Positions 1 through 10,321 of a stretch of DNA of 64,000 nucleotides are shown here, piece after piece. The stretch comes from an uncultured virus (IMG/VR IMGVR_UViG_3300026382_000273) (lineage: Duplodnaviria; Heunggongvirae; Uroviricota; Caudoviricetes): the IMG/VR virus record IMGVR_UViG_3300026382_000273. The stretch is one strand, 5' to 3'. A program made the position numbers and the translations under genes. Every line of letters starts with the position of its first letter. The first letter of the stretch is position 1. Below the pieces are notes generated by a model, which worked only from the letters and a program-made list of their open reading frames with translations, was not told the DNA's origin and did not search any database.

Positions 1-78
1 ATTTTTTTTTTTTTTATATTTTTTTTTTTTTTTTTTTTTTTTATTTTTTTATTTTTTATTTTTTTTTTTTTTTTTTTG
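1..78. repeat. Poly-T low-complexity tract, possibly an assembly or end artefact
   Basis: Almost pure T run at the window start; it encodes the poly-Lys tail of ORF 49..495. Confidence 0.7.
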
Positions 79-495
79 TAAAATCTGTTTTTCTAATTGT
101 TCATCTATATTTAATTTATTTTTCTTTTGTTGTAAATATTTAAGTTTTTTATCTATTATTTCTGAAATTTGTTTTCTTATATAATATTCAATAGTTCCTT
201 TAGGTATTTCTTCAAAATATTCTTGATTATTTACAATTGTTTTTCTTATTTGTCTTATTAAATATTGTTTTATTTCAGTTTTCATATTTTTATTTAAATC
301 TATATTTTTATTAATTTCTTGCATTATATTTTCAATATTATTATATTTTAAATTTACTTGTAATTTTAGTTTTTCTAAACCTTCATTTTTTAATAATTCT
401 ATTTCTATTTCATTTTTTAAACTATTTCTTTCTCTTTTAACCTTAATATTATAATTATTAAAATAATATTTATTTTCTATTTTATTTTTATTCAT
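49..495 (-). CDS. Hypothetical protein (3' end unreliable)
   Basis: 148-aa ORF with AAAGGA RBS upstream; C-terminus runs into the homopolymer. Confidence 0.6.
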   Translation of the reverse strand: MNKNKIENKYYFNNYNIKVKRERNSLKNEIEIELLKNEGLEKLKLQVNLKYNNIENIMQEINKNIDLNKNMKTEIKQYLIRQIRKTIVNNQEYFEEIPKGTIEYYIRKQISEIIDKKLKYLQQKKNKLNIDEQLEKQILQKKKKKNKK

Positions 496-567
496 TTTGT
501 ATCCTTTAATTTAAATTATTAATAATATTATAATAAATAATAATATAAAAATATTAAAAATGAGGGG

Positions 568-1884
568 TTATTTTACATCTAAAACGACATTTCTAAAAGG
601 ATTATAATTTCTTCCACCTTCTTTAAATTGTACTAATGCACTTTTTCTTGGAATAATATACATTAATTTTTTCTTTTCTATTTGTAATTTTTTAGCAGTA
701 ATATCCATTTTAGTTTCATCAACACCTAAAATTATTTTACTTGCAGTTGATTCAATAATATCTTGTGGTATATGTTCTAAACTTTGTGTCGCAAGAATTA
801 ATCCTAAACCAAATTTCCTGGCTTCTCTTGCAATTATATTAAGTATATATTCATCGTCTGCATTTTGTAAAAATATACTTGCTTCATCAATAACTATAAA
901 TTCCCTTGGTAATTTTGTTTCACCTTTTTCTTTCATTTTTAAAAATAAATCTTCCGCAAAAATTGAAACAAACATTTTAGCTTCATCACGACTTAATGAT
1001 TTTATATCATAACGCCATACAGGTTTAGATTTATCAAAATTAGGTTCTTTATCTTTAAATATCCCAGAACTTTCTAATACTTTAATTCTTTCAAAAATAG
1101 ATTTTAAAACATCAGCAGAATCATAATTTATTAATTCATCTAATTCAAAACCTGTTCCTAATTTATCAATACCTTCACTAAATGATTCTTTCATTCTTTC
1201 TTTTATTTTTTCAATTTGTTCTTCTAGTTTAGCTATTTCATCTTCATTTGTTGATTTCATTTTATATTTAATTTTTCTATCTAATTGTATTTTTAATTTT
1301 TTTACTTCTTCAAACATTCTTATTGTTTTACTACTTGTTCCCATTAACATATGTTTTAATTTGTATTCAGTCCATTTTCGTAAATCAGTTAAAGTTGGAT
1401 ATTTTTTAGGATATCTTCTATTGTTAGGATAATCTAATCCCCAAGTTTTTGGATCGTCTTTATAAAATCCATTTGCTGCATATAATTCTTCTAATAAATT
1501 CATAAGTGCTGGTTCTTGTTTAGTTCCTAATTTTCTATTAGTTCTATTGATTGCATTTATTATACTTCTAATTTTCTTTCTAACACCACCGAAATCTTGA
1601 TCTTTTGATAATTTTAACAATGGTAATCCATATTCAGAAGATTCGGAAAATTTTATAGTTGAAGCATTTGGAATTTCAATATCACCGTGTACATCCATTA
1701 TATGAAAACGAACATCAAATCTTGATAGTGATTTTATAATTCGTTTTAAGTTATATGTTTTTCCTGTTCCACTTCCACCAACTAATATTAAATGCGGATT
1801 TATTATTTTATAATAATCTAGATATATATGTTCTTCTTTTCCTTGTCTTTGTGCAAAAGAATCTAATCCTATATGAATACGCAT
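568..1884 (-). CDS. HerA/VirB4/TraD-like P-loop ATPase (DUF87-type)
   Basis: Walker A (NPHLILVGGSGTGKT), DVHGD, Walker B (FIVIDEA), REARKFG, LILATQ motifs. Confidence 0.85.
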   Translation of the reverse strand: MRIHIGLDSFAQRQGKEEHIYLDYYKIINPHLILVGGSGTGKTYNLKRIIKSLSRFDVRFHIMDVHGDIEIPNASTIKFSESSEYGLPLLKLSKDQDFGGVRKKIRSIINAINRTNRKLGTKQEPALMNLLEELYAANGFYKDDPKTWGLDYPNNRRYPKKYPTLTDLRKWTEYKLKHMLMGTSSKTIRMFEEVKKLKIQLDRKIKYKMKSTNEDEIAKLEEQIEKIKERMKESFSEGIDKLGTGFELDELINYDSADVLKSIFERIKVLESSGIFKDKEPNFDKSKPVWRYDIKSLSRDEAKMFVSIFAEDLFLKMKEKGETKLPREFIVIDEASIFLQNADDEYILNIIAREARKFGLGLILATQSLEHIPQDIIESTASKIILGVDETKMDITAKKLQIEKKKLMYIIPRKSALVQFKEGGRNYNPFRNVVLDVK

Positions 1885-1965
1885 TAGCTATACCTTTTGT
1901 TTTTAAATCATTATAATTAAATATTTAATCTTATTAAATTATTTTTTTAATAGAAAGAAACATTA

Positions 1966-2076
1966 ATAAATTTCATCCACTAAATATTTTACTATTATAG
2001 TAGTGCTTCTTTTTTGAGAAGATTTATTTCTTGCTAATACTTCGTATTTAATCGGGATATTTTTTACAAGAAATTG
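1966..2076 (-). mobile_element. IS200/IS605-derived miniature element, copy A (left end fused to right end)
   Basis: Aligns by eye with both ends of the element at 33242-33654; preceded on the minus strand by TTTAT (2077-2081). Confidence 0.8.
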
Positions 2077-2215
2077 ATAAATAAATCTTGTTTTATTTTT
2101 AATATTATGATATAATATATTGTATTTCTTATAAAGGATATTATATGAAAACAACTAAAAACAAATTTAGCACGATTTAATTTCTAAATAAATCTATTAA
2201 TAAAGGTAAAATTAA

Positions 2216-2773
2216 ATGAAAAACAAAGATTTATATAAATATATTTCTTCATTTGTTACTGATAGGTATATTTATAATCCTTATGAAAAAAGATTTACAA
2301 TTATGAATGAAGATATATATATGTATTCTATTGATTATGTGGACAGTTATGAAATGGAATTAGAAATACTTATAGAAATGCTTGTGTTGACGTTACTTAA
2401 AGAAAAAGAAATAACATATGATAGTACAAAAGAAATAATATTACACATATTGTATTTTTTAGAAAAATACCCAGAAAAAGAAGTTGATATAGAATTGTTT
2501 AATAACCTTTCTTTATTTATTGAATATGCAAAAAATAAAGTTCCTGAAATTAAAATGCTTGAAATAGCAAATAAAAAATTTTTTGATTTACAAAAATTTA
2601 GGCAAAATATAGAATCTATAACAACTAATAAAGAAAGTTTAGATAAACTAAGTAATAAATATGAAGGTGATTATTTGCTAAAATATAGACAAAATAAAAT
2701 GCAAAATATTTCAGAAAAAAACAATAAATTAAAGTCTTATCAAAAATTAAGAAAAAAAAGAAAAATTCTTTAA
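2216..2773 (+). CDS. Hypothetical protein
   Basis: 185-aa ORF with AAAGG RBS; no motif recognised. Confidence 0.7.
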   Translation: MKNKDLYKYISSFVTDRYIYNPYEKRFTIMNEDIYMYSIDYVDSYEMELEILIEMLVLTLLKEKEITYDSTKEIILHILYFLEKYPEKEVDIELFNNLSLFIEYAKNKVPEIKMLEIANKKFFDLQKFRQNIESITTNKESLDKLSNKYEGDYLLKYRQNKMQNISEKNNKLKSYQKLRKKRKIL

Positions 2774-2804
2774 TTAAATTTTTCTTGGATTTTAAAATTT
2801 TTTT

Positions 2805-2813
2805 TGATATAAT
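2805..2813 (+). promoter_or_regulatory. Extended -10 promoter (TGATATAAT) of the TROVE gene
   Basis: T-rich run plus TGnTATAAT about 40 nt before the ATG; the same motif occurs at 14281, 33984, 40434, 46116 and before many other genes. Confidence 0.7.
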
Positions 2814-2850
2814 TCTAAATTAAAAAATTCTCCAAAAAAAAGGAAGTGTT

Positions 2851-4464
2851 ATGGGTAAATTTAATCAAACTAAAAAAACAAATAATATAGTAATCAATCA
2901 TGAAGGACATGAAAATTATAAGTTGCCAAATGTAAAAGAAGAAATTGCAAATATTATTTTAAATCATCTATTAAAAGGGGATACTTTTTACACAAATGAA
3001 AATGAAATAATACAAGAAGTATCAAATTTAGTTACAAAATGTAAAGATAAAGATTATATACTAAAAGCAGTATTATTTGCACGAGAAAAAGGAAACTTAA
3101 GAACAATTTCTCACTTATTTATGGCAAATTTTATAAATCAGATAAAAGGTTGGAAAAATACAAAAAAAACATTAAGAAGACTATTTAAAAGACCAGATGA
3201 AATAAGTGAAATTGTTTCTGCTATTGGAATGTTAAATGGAAATACCGAAAAAATTAGACCAATTCCAAATGTTGTTAAAAAAGCAGGTAAAGAAGCATTA
3301 GAAACTAAATTTGATGCATATCAATTAAGAAAATATAGAATGCGTAGTTCACAAGTAACATTATCAGATCTTGTTAAATTATTTCATCCTTCTTCAAAAA
3401 AATGGCAAAAAAAATTTAATAGTGATATAGATAATATCTTCAAACTTGTTATAGAAGATAGATTACCAAAAATTGAAACTGCACAGACAATCAATACTAA
3501 AATTACTGATGAAAAAGAAAGACAAAAAAAATATATCGAGATGATAAAAGAAAGAAAATTAGGACTTATGGCGGTATTAAAAAATCTTACAAAAATTTTG
3601 AAAGAAATGGAAAAAATAGATAAAAATATGACAAATATAAATATTGATAAAGGACTTGTAACAGAACAAAGCAAAGAAATATCAAAAGAAAAAAAAGAAT
3701 ATACAAAAAAAGAAATAGAAGATATTCTTATTGAATATTTTAATTCAATGTGTGGAACTGAAGCTAATAAAAAAATCTTACCATTTAGATTTATTGATGT
3801 ATATATGAAAATAAAAAATATGGCATCAAATAAACTTAAAAAAGCAATTGAAGAATTGTTTATAGAAAGTGCTAAAAATATTGAACTTCCAGAAGGTTCA
3901 TTAATAGCAATTGATGTTAGTGCAAGTATGGATGGTGAAACATTAAAAAATGCAGTTGCATTAGCCGCTATACTTCTAGCAAAAAATGAAAAAACAGACG
4001 CAAATGTATGGGTATGGGCAAGTATTGCAAAAAAATTAGAAGTATACGGTTTAAGTCCATTCGCATTTATTGATAAATATTTTAAAAAAGATTATGGTGG
4101 TGGTTTAAGTTATAAATTTAAGTTTGAAACTGGACATGGAACAGAAGTTGGTGCATTATTAGAAGCAATAAGTAATGTAAAAAATGCTAAAACAATATTT
4201 ATTTTAACTGATATGCAATTATATGATACTAACGAATGGTATGATTATACTAAAACAATTAATAAAGCATTAAAAGAAAATTTAAAAGAAAATACAAAGT
4301 TAATTTTATGGGATGTTCGTGGATATAATAAAGGTACTCCATTTAAAGTAAATAATAAACAAATTTATTCTTTCAATGGATTTAGTTCAAAACTTATTGA
4401 ATATTTATCATTTATTCTTGAAGGTAAATCATTAGTTAAAATTATAGATGATTATCAATTATAA
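2851..4464 (+). CDS. TROVE domain (Ro60/Rsr-like) RNA-binding protein with C-terminal vWA domain
   Basis: N-terminal NHEG...TFY, FDAYQLRKY, LSDLVKLFHP, LPFRF; MIDAS DVSASM, GT, LTDMQ. Confidence 0.9.
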   Translation: MGKFNQTKKTNNIVINHEGHENYKLPNVKEEIANIILNHLLKGDTFYTNENEIIQEVSNLVTKCKDKDYILKAVLFAREKGNLRTISHLFMANFINQIKGWKNTKKTLRRLFKRPDEISEIVSAIGMLNGNTEKIRPIPNVVKKAGKEALETKFDAYQLRKYRMRSSQVTLSDLVKLFHPSSKKWQKKFNSDIDNIFKLVIEDRLPKIETAQTINTKITDEKERQKKYIEMIKERKLGLMAVLKNLTKILKEMEKIDKNMTNINIDKGLVTEQSKEISKEKKEYTKKEIEDILIEYFNSMCGTEANKKILPFRFIDVYMKIKNMASNKLKKAIEELFIESAKNIELPEGSLIAIDVSASMDGETLKNAVALAAILLAKNEKTDANVWVWASIAKKLEVYGLSPFAFIDKYFKKDYGGGLSYKFKFETGHGTEVGALLEAISNVKNAKTIFILTDMQLYDTNEWYDYTKTINKALKENLKENTKLILWDVRGYNKGTPFKVNNKQIYSFNGFSSKLIEYLSFILEGKSLVKIIDDYQL

Positions 4465-4553
4465 ATTTTCTTATTTTTCTTTTTTTTCTATATACCTTAT
4501 TATTTTTTAAAATTTTTTTATTTTTTCTTAAAATTATGAAAAAAAGAGGATAC

Positions 4554-6155
4554 ATGGAACAAAATATCTTCATTACTTTTGCAGATAAAATATTGAGTTT
4601 AATTTATAATAATATTTTAATATTAAATAGTAAATTTGAAATTTTATATAGTAAAAATAGTAATATTTATAAAAAAAATATTGATAATATTAATCAATTA
4701 TGTAATGAACAAAAAATGAAATTAAAAACTATTTTAAAGAAAATGGATTTAAATAAATTAGTTGAAAATAAAATATATAAATTTCAAATTGAAATTAATA
4801 ATATAATTTATAATTATCGTATAATTAAATTAAACCTTAATGAAAAAATTTTTTATTTAATATTAAATGAAATAGAAAGTATAAACAACGGTGAAAATTT
4901 TTTTGATTTTTTGACAGGGATATATAATCGAAAAGGACTAGAATATGCTTTTAATAAATTAGAAAAATATAAAAATATTGGAATTATAATTCTTGATATA
5001 AGTAATTTTAAACTTTTGAATAAAACAAAAGGATTTAAATATGGTGATACTATATTAAAAGAAATAAGTATTAAATTAATGAATTTATTTTTAGAAGAAA
5101 AAGCTATAATAGCAAGAATTGCAACAGATATTTTTGTTGTTATAGCTGATAATATTCTAGAAAAAGTTCATATTTTATTAAATGAGTTAAAAAAGTTTAA
5201 TCAACAAGATATATTTTTTAATATAGGAATTATAACAAATTTAGAATTACTATATAATGAATCTTTAAATAAAAAAAATTTTTTTGAAGATATTATGTAT
5301 AAATTAGATATAACATTAGAAAATGCTAAATTAAACCATAGACAAGTATATTCAAATTCAATAGAATATTATAGTCTTAATTTATTAAAAAATACAGAAA
5401 AACTTTTAAAAACAAAAAAATTAGTTGAAGAAGCAATACAAAATAAAAGATTTATATATTATTATCAACCTATAGTTAATTATAAAGGTGAAATTATTGG
5501 AATTGAAACTTTACTTAGGATTAAAGATAAAAATGGAAATATTATTTCGCCTTACTTTTTTATCAATTATCTTGAAGAAACTGGATTAATAAAAGAAGTT
5601 GATTTATTATTAACTGATAAACTTAAAGAAATATTGGAATATATAAAAATAAATAATTTAAATATAAATGTTTCATTAAATTTATCTGCTGCAACTATTG
5701 AAGATAAAAATGTAATAAATAAAATTTTGAAAAATTATTTAGATTATAAAAAAATTTTAAAAATTGAAATTACTGAAAGACTTTTGATAATGCAAGAAAC
5801 ATTACAAAATACATTATTAAATAAATTTAAAATAGTAATAGATGATTTTGGGACTGGTTATTCTTCTTTAAAATATTTAGCAGAAATGCCAGCAGCGTGT
5901 TTAAAATTAGATATTTCATTTGTTAGAGAAATGTTTAATCCAAATACAAATAATTATTATTTAATAATAAAAACAATTATAAATTTTGCGAAAGAATTAA
6001 ATCTAAAAGTTGTTGCTGAGGGTGTTGAACAAATAGAACAATTTTATGAATTAAAAAAAATGGGGTGTGATTACTTTCAAGGATATTATTTTTATAAACC
6101 AATGCCTTTTGATAATTTAAAAAAGTTATTAGAAAATAATCAAAGAAAAATATAA
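4554..6155 (+). CDS. GGDEF(degenerate)-EAL protein, probable c-di-GMP phosphodiesterase
   Basis: DFLTGIYNR; GGDEF site replaced by ATDIF; EAL motifs ETLLR, EITE, DDFGTGYSS, VVAEGVE, QGYYF intact. Start placed at the ATG after GAGGA (track start 4536). Confidence 0.9.
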   Translation: MEQNIFITFADKILSLIYNNILILNSKFEILYSKNSNIYKKNIDNINQLCNEQKMKLKTILKKMDLNKLVENKIYKFQIEINNIIYNYRIIKLNLNEKIFYLILNEIESINNGENFFDFLTGIYNRKGLEYAFNKLEKYKNIGIIILDISNFKLLNKTKGFKYGDTILKEISIKLMNLFLEEKAIIARIATDIFVVIADNILEKVHILLNELKKFNQQDIFFNIGIITNLELLYNESLNKKNFFEDIMYKLDITLENAKLNHRQVYSNSIEYYSLNLLKNTEKLLKTKKLVEEAIQNKRFIYYYQPIVNYKGEIIGIETLLRIKDKNGNIISPYFFINYLEETGLIKEVDLLLTDKLKEILEYIKINNLNINVSLNLSAATIEDKNVINKILKNYLDYKKILKIEITERLLIMQETLQNTLLNKFKIVIDDFGTGYSSLKYLAEMPAACLKLDISFVREMFNPNTNNYYLIIKTIINFAKELNLKVVAEGVEQIEQFYELKKMGCDYFQGYYFYKPMPFDNLKKLLENNQRKI

Positions 6156-6189
6156 TAAATAAAATTAATTATAATTTAAAAAAATATTA

Positions 6190-6655
6190 GATAGAACATT
6201 AGAACATGTATTATAAATGAAGTTAATTCATTAAAAAAAGTATGTTATGAAGAATCAATAATAATATATTTAAAGAAAAAGAACGAATTTATTTTTTTGA
6301 TCTAAATGATTTTAAAAAAAATAAATGTGGCGATAAAGAATTATTGTTTTTTACGGCAAAATTAAAGTAATTTTTAAGACAAAAAAGTGTTAAATTATAC
6401 TTTTATAAGATATGCGGTGAGGAATTTGTTATTATAACTCTAAAAAATATTGATAATATTATTAAAGAATTTCAGAAATTATTAATTAATAAGCTAGTAA
6501 TAAAAACTTCTTTATTAAATAACAAAAAAATTAAATTTAAAATTTCTTTTTCATTTGGAAATATTAAATTTAATAAAAATGATAATTTTAATAATATATT
6601 AGAAAAAGTTGATTAAAAAATGTATGAAAATAAAAAACAAATTAAAAAATCTAAA
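6190..6655 (+). pseudogene. Decayed diguanylate cyclase (GGDEF) gene
   Basis: One frame reads FFDLNDFKK..CGDKEL..*..FYKICGEEFVII..SFSFG..EKVD*KMYENK, with in-frame TAA at 6368 and 6614. Boundaries approximate. Confidence 0.75.
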
Positions 6656-6663
6656 AAAATGAT

Positions 6664-7125
6664 TTATTTTTTTTGTTTTTGATATTTTAAAAATTCATGA
6701 CATATATTTTTATTAATTATAACAGTTAATAAAGTTTGATTAGTTTCTTTTTCTTTGAATATATTAACAAATTCAACATTATGCTTATTAATTAAAATAC
6801 TTTCCATAATCCAATTAGATTTAGGACAAATCTTTGTATATATTTCTTTTTCTTTGATTGATTTTAAATCATTTAAAAAACTTTGTTTATGAAATAGTTT
6901 TTTAAAACTTTTATCACTTGTATCAATATAAGCAATATTATATATTACATTTTTTTTATTATAACAATTTGTATATGTTGTTATTTCATCTAATTTCATT
7001 GGAAGTTTAGCTTGTAATTTTTGACAATAACTTTTGGCATATTCTGTTGGTGTTTTATTTGAAAATAAACTCCACGCAAATGAAAAATTTAAAAATATAA
7101 AAAATATAAAAAATAATTTTTTCAT
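6664..7125 (-). CDS. Secreted protein, PA3611/AspS-pilotin-like (tentative)
   Basis: Signal peptide; KLPMKLDEITT motif and Cys pairs. Confidence 0.55.
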   Translation of the reverse strand: MKKLFFIFFIFLNFSFAWSLFSNKTPTEYAKSYCQKLQAKLPMKLDEITTYTNCYNKKNVIYNIAYIDTSDKSFKKLFHKQSFLNDLKSIKEKEIYTKICPKSNWIMESILINKHNVEFVNIFKEKETNQTLLTVIINKNICHEFLKYQKQKK

Positions 7126-7293
7126 TTATTTTTCCTTTTTAATTTATTATAAAATTTTTTATTTAAAATTAAATATTAAATATCTTTTTCACAAAAAGAT
7201 TTTAAAAAAATAAAATAATAAAAAAATAAAATAATTATATTATTAAAATATACAAATTTTTTTAAAATTTATAAAAAATATAAAAGGAAATTT

Positions 7294-7608
7294 TTGATTT
7301 TATCAGATAAAAAAATTTTTGAAGATTTAATAAAAAGTTATAGTAAAGAAAATATTATTAATATTTATAAACTATATTTTTTTTTAAATGAAAATTTATT
7401 ATTAAATTTAAAAGATGAACTAGTTGAAAAATATATAAATGATGTATTAAAACTAAAACCATATGATTTAGAAAATTTAATAATGATATTTACAAAATAT
7501 GATATTGATGAAATAAAAGAATTTAAAATATTTAAAGATATAAAAGAAAAATATACCAGCCATACAATAATAAATAATTTTAATCCATTAAAAAAAGGGT
7601 ATAATTAA
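7294..7608 (+). CDS. Hypothetical protein
   Basis: 104 aa, TTG start after AAAGGA. Confidence 0.6.
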   Translation: MILSDKKIFEDLIKSYSKENIINIYKLYFFLNENLLLNLKDELVEKYINDVLKLKPYDLENLIMIFTKYDIDEIKEFKIFKDIKEKYTSHTIINNFNPLKKGYN

Positions 7609-7610
7609 AT

Positions 7611-7814
7611 TTACATAGAAAGTCCATTATTTTCTTCCATATTTTGTTGTAAGGCTTTTTCCATAGTTTCTTTAATTTTTAATGCTTGTTTTCTAAATAT
7701 TTTTATTTTTTCCTTTATAAGTTTTGTATCTATATTTGGATACTTAGCTTCAAAATTAACTATTTTTTTATTAACTTCTGGTATATTATTAAATTTTTTC
7801 TTTTTATTAGACAT
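7611..7814 (-). CDS. Hypothetical protein
   Basis: 67 aa, AAAGGA RBS. Confidence 0.6.
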   Translation of the reverse strand: MSNKKKKFNNIPEVNKKIVNFEAKYPNIDTKLIKEKIKIFRKQALKIKETMEKALQQNMEENNGLSM

Positions 7815-7997
7815 AATATATCCTTTTTTTAGACATTATAATAAATAAAATAAAATATTATTTTATAATTTATTAAAAAATATAATTTTTTTATAACTTT
7901 TATAAAATAAATTAAAAAAAAGAGAAAAATATAATTTTAAATTTTTTATAATTTTCTTTTTATTATAATATTTTTAAATATAATAAAAAGGTAAAAT

Positions 7998-8261
7998 ATG
8001 GATTTTCCTGTGATTACTGTTAGTATTTTGTTATTTATATTTTTTAATATATTAGGAATACATGTTTATTTAGAAGAACAAATTAATTATACAAAAGAAG
8101 AAAAAAATACAATAAAATTAACAGTTGCTTTAATTTCATTAATTACACCATTAAATTTATATTTAGCATTATTAATATTTTTTATGTTATATATTGAAGC
8201 ATTAGAAAAAAGAGGAACTATTATTAAAATAAATAAATTTTTATTTCATAAAATTTCATAA
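7998..8261 (+). CDS. Small membrane protein
   Basis: 87 aa, two hydrophobic segments, AAAGG RBS. Confidence 0.6.
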   Translation: MDFPVITVSILLFIFFNILGIHVYLEEQINYTKEEKNTIKLTVALISLITPLNLYLALLIFFMLYIEALEKRGTIIKINKFLFHKIS

Positions 8262-9005
8262 ATTATTTAAAAAATTTTGAAAATTTTGATTTTGTTGTAA
8301 TGCATTATTAATTTGTGCTATAAATTTACTATAAGGTAAATTTTGTATCCATACTTTACCAGTACCACTTAATTTAGCAAGAAAAATTCCTTCATTTGCA
8401 AATAATAAAGTTTTTATATTAGTTATTGTTTTTATATCAAAATCAATACCATCTGTATAGCCAACCAATGAACCAGCTTCAACATAAATAGTTTCATTTT
8501 CTATTTCTCTTTCTATAATAGTTCCTCCAGCATGAAAAAATACATTTTGTTCATAATTTTTTTCAATACTTTTAATTTTTTGTAAAATAAAACCTTCGCC
8601 ACCGAATAATCCTCTTCCTATATTTAAATTAATTCCAATTGTTATATCAATACCTAAATTACTTGCTAAATAAGCACCTTTTTGTAAATAAATAGTATTA
8701 TTATTTATTTCATTAAGATTTACTTGTAAAATTTGTCCTACATAAGGTCCTGTAATTCCTAACATTTTTTCTTCATTGGATTTATTTTCATAATTTATAA
8801 CAAAAAAATCTTCACCACTTAAAGTTCTTTTTATGCCTTGTGCTATACGTCCTAAAACCCCTTTTTTTGCTATTCCTATAACTGGTTCAAAATTTATTCC
8901 ATCATCTACATAAATCATAGCTCCAGCTTCTGCAATAAATTTTTCTTCTGGTTGCATTGTAATATTCAAAAATTGAATACTATCTCCTAAAATATCATAT
9001 TGCAT
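8256..9005 (-). CDS. AIM24 family (TIGR00266-like) protein, Ter-associated
   Basis: AEAGAM, SGEDFF, LFGGEGFILQK, GTGKVWIQ motifs. Confidence 0.9.
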   Translation of the reverse strand: MQYDILGDSIQFLNITMQPEEKFIAEAGAMIYVDDGINFEPVIGIAKKGVLGRIAQGIKRTLSGEDFFVINYENKSNEEKMLGITGPYVGQILQVNLNEINNNTIYLQKGAYLASNLGIDITIGINLNIGRGLFGGEGFILQKIKSIEKNYEQNVFFHAGGTIIEREIENETIYVEAGSLVGYTDGIDFDIKTITNIKTLLFANEGIFLAKLSGTGKVWIQNLPYSKFIAQINNALQQNQNFQNFLNNL

Positions 9006-9064
9006 ACTATAACCTTTTTATTTATATTATAAAAAATTGTATTTTACAAAAAAAAGAAAAAGAA

Positions 9065-9544
9065 TTAACTTCTTTTTAAAGTTTCTTTTATTTTTTCTAT
9101 CATTTCTTTTTCTTCTGGAGCAAAATCATTATCGGCTTTTGCTATTATAGCTAATAAATTTATAACCATTCCAGGATATTCTGGATATTCCTTAATTTTC
9201 GCTATATCAGCAAGTTTTCTTTCGACCTCTAAAATATATTTAACTTCACTTTTTTGTAATGCTTGTTCTAAATCTTCAAGATGTTTTTCATAAAGTTCAA
9301 TAGCTTCTTGAACTAAATTTAATTCTTGAATTTCTTCAATTTCTTTTATCAATTCTATTGCTTTAGTAACTTCTGATGTTTCAACTTTTTTATCTGCCAT
9401 TGTCATAAGTGCCATTGATATAACCAATGCATTAACAAATTTTTTTTCAGGTGACCAACTTTCAGGCGTATATTGTCTAATTTTTCTTTTTCCTTCTTCA
9501 TAATATTGTTGTGCTTTTTGTTTTATAACATTCCAATCTAACAT
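9065..9544 (-). CDS. TerB family tellurite-resistance protein
   Basis: Paired motifs ALMTMADKKVETSE and IAKADNDFAPEE. Confidence 0.8.
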   Translation of the reverse strand: MLDWNVIKQKAQQYYEEGKRKIRQYTPESWSPEKKFVNALVISMALMTMADKKVETSEVTKAIELIKEIEEIQELNLVQEAIELYEKHLEDLEQALQKSEVKYILEVERKLADIAKIKEYPEYPGMVINLLAIIAKADNDFAPEEKEMIEKIKETLKRS

Positions 9545-9721
9545 TTTTTTCCTTTTTTTATTATTATTATATAAATAACATTTTATTAAACAAATATTTT
9601 TAATTTTGGAAAATTAATAACAATATTTTAATTATAAAAATTTAAAGATATATTAATTAATAAAAATTTGATTTTTTTGTTATTTTATGGTATAATATTA
9701 CAAATATTGAAAGGAATCTTA

Positions 9722-10009
9722 ATGAAAGATATTATTTTACTTCAAGTTGAAAACAAAAATTTGGCACAATTTTATATTTTATTTGATAAAGAAAAAAAAA
9801 TTAAAAAATTTTTAGATGTTTTTGAAAATAATAATTCAGAATTAGATATTACAAAAAAGTTGTATAAACTTTATATGCAATATAATGTTAAAAAAAACAA
9901 AACAATTAAAATACCTGATAATATAAATGAAAATACTGTTGAACATTATCTGAATAATAATATTATTAATATTATTGATACTGATAAAGAAACAATTATA
10001 CTAAATTAA
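9722..10009 (+). CDS. Hypothetical protein
   Basis: ATG at 9722 follows AAAGGA and a TGGTATAAT promoter (track start 9668). Confidence 0.6.
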   Translation: MKDIILLQVENKNLAQFYILFDKEKKIKKFLDVFENNNSELDITKKLYKLYMQYNVKKNKTIKIPDNINENTVEHYLNNNIINIIDTDKETIILN

Positions 10010-10321
10010 CATTAAATGATAATTGTCAAAAATGTTTAATTAAATTAATAATTGAATATTTAATAAATTCTAAAATTTCCATTAATTTTTTTAATCTATA
10101 ATTTAATATAATCTTTGTTTCCAGTATTTAACTTATTAATATATATTAAAAAATTCATAACTATCCTTTTTTTTAATTAAAAAAAATAATATTTTTTCTT
10201 AAAATTTGCTTAAAATAATAAAATAAAATATTTTTTATTTGATACAAAAAATTAAAAATTTTCTTTTTATCCTACTATAATTATGTTATAATAAAAAAAT
10301 ATTATTAAATAAAGGTTTTAT

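Noticed and set aside
1963..2154. 63-aa ORF on the minus strand
   Set aside because: Its 3' half is miniature element copy A; no RBS; probably spurious.
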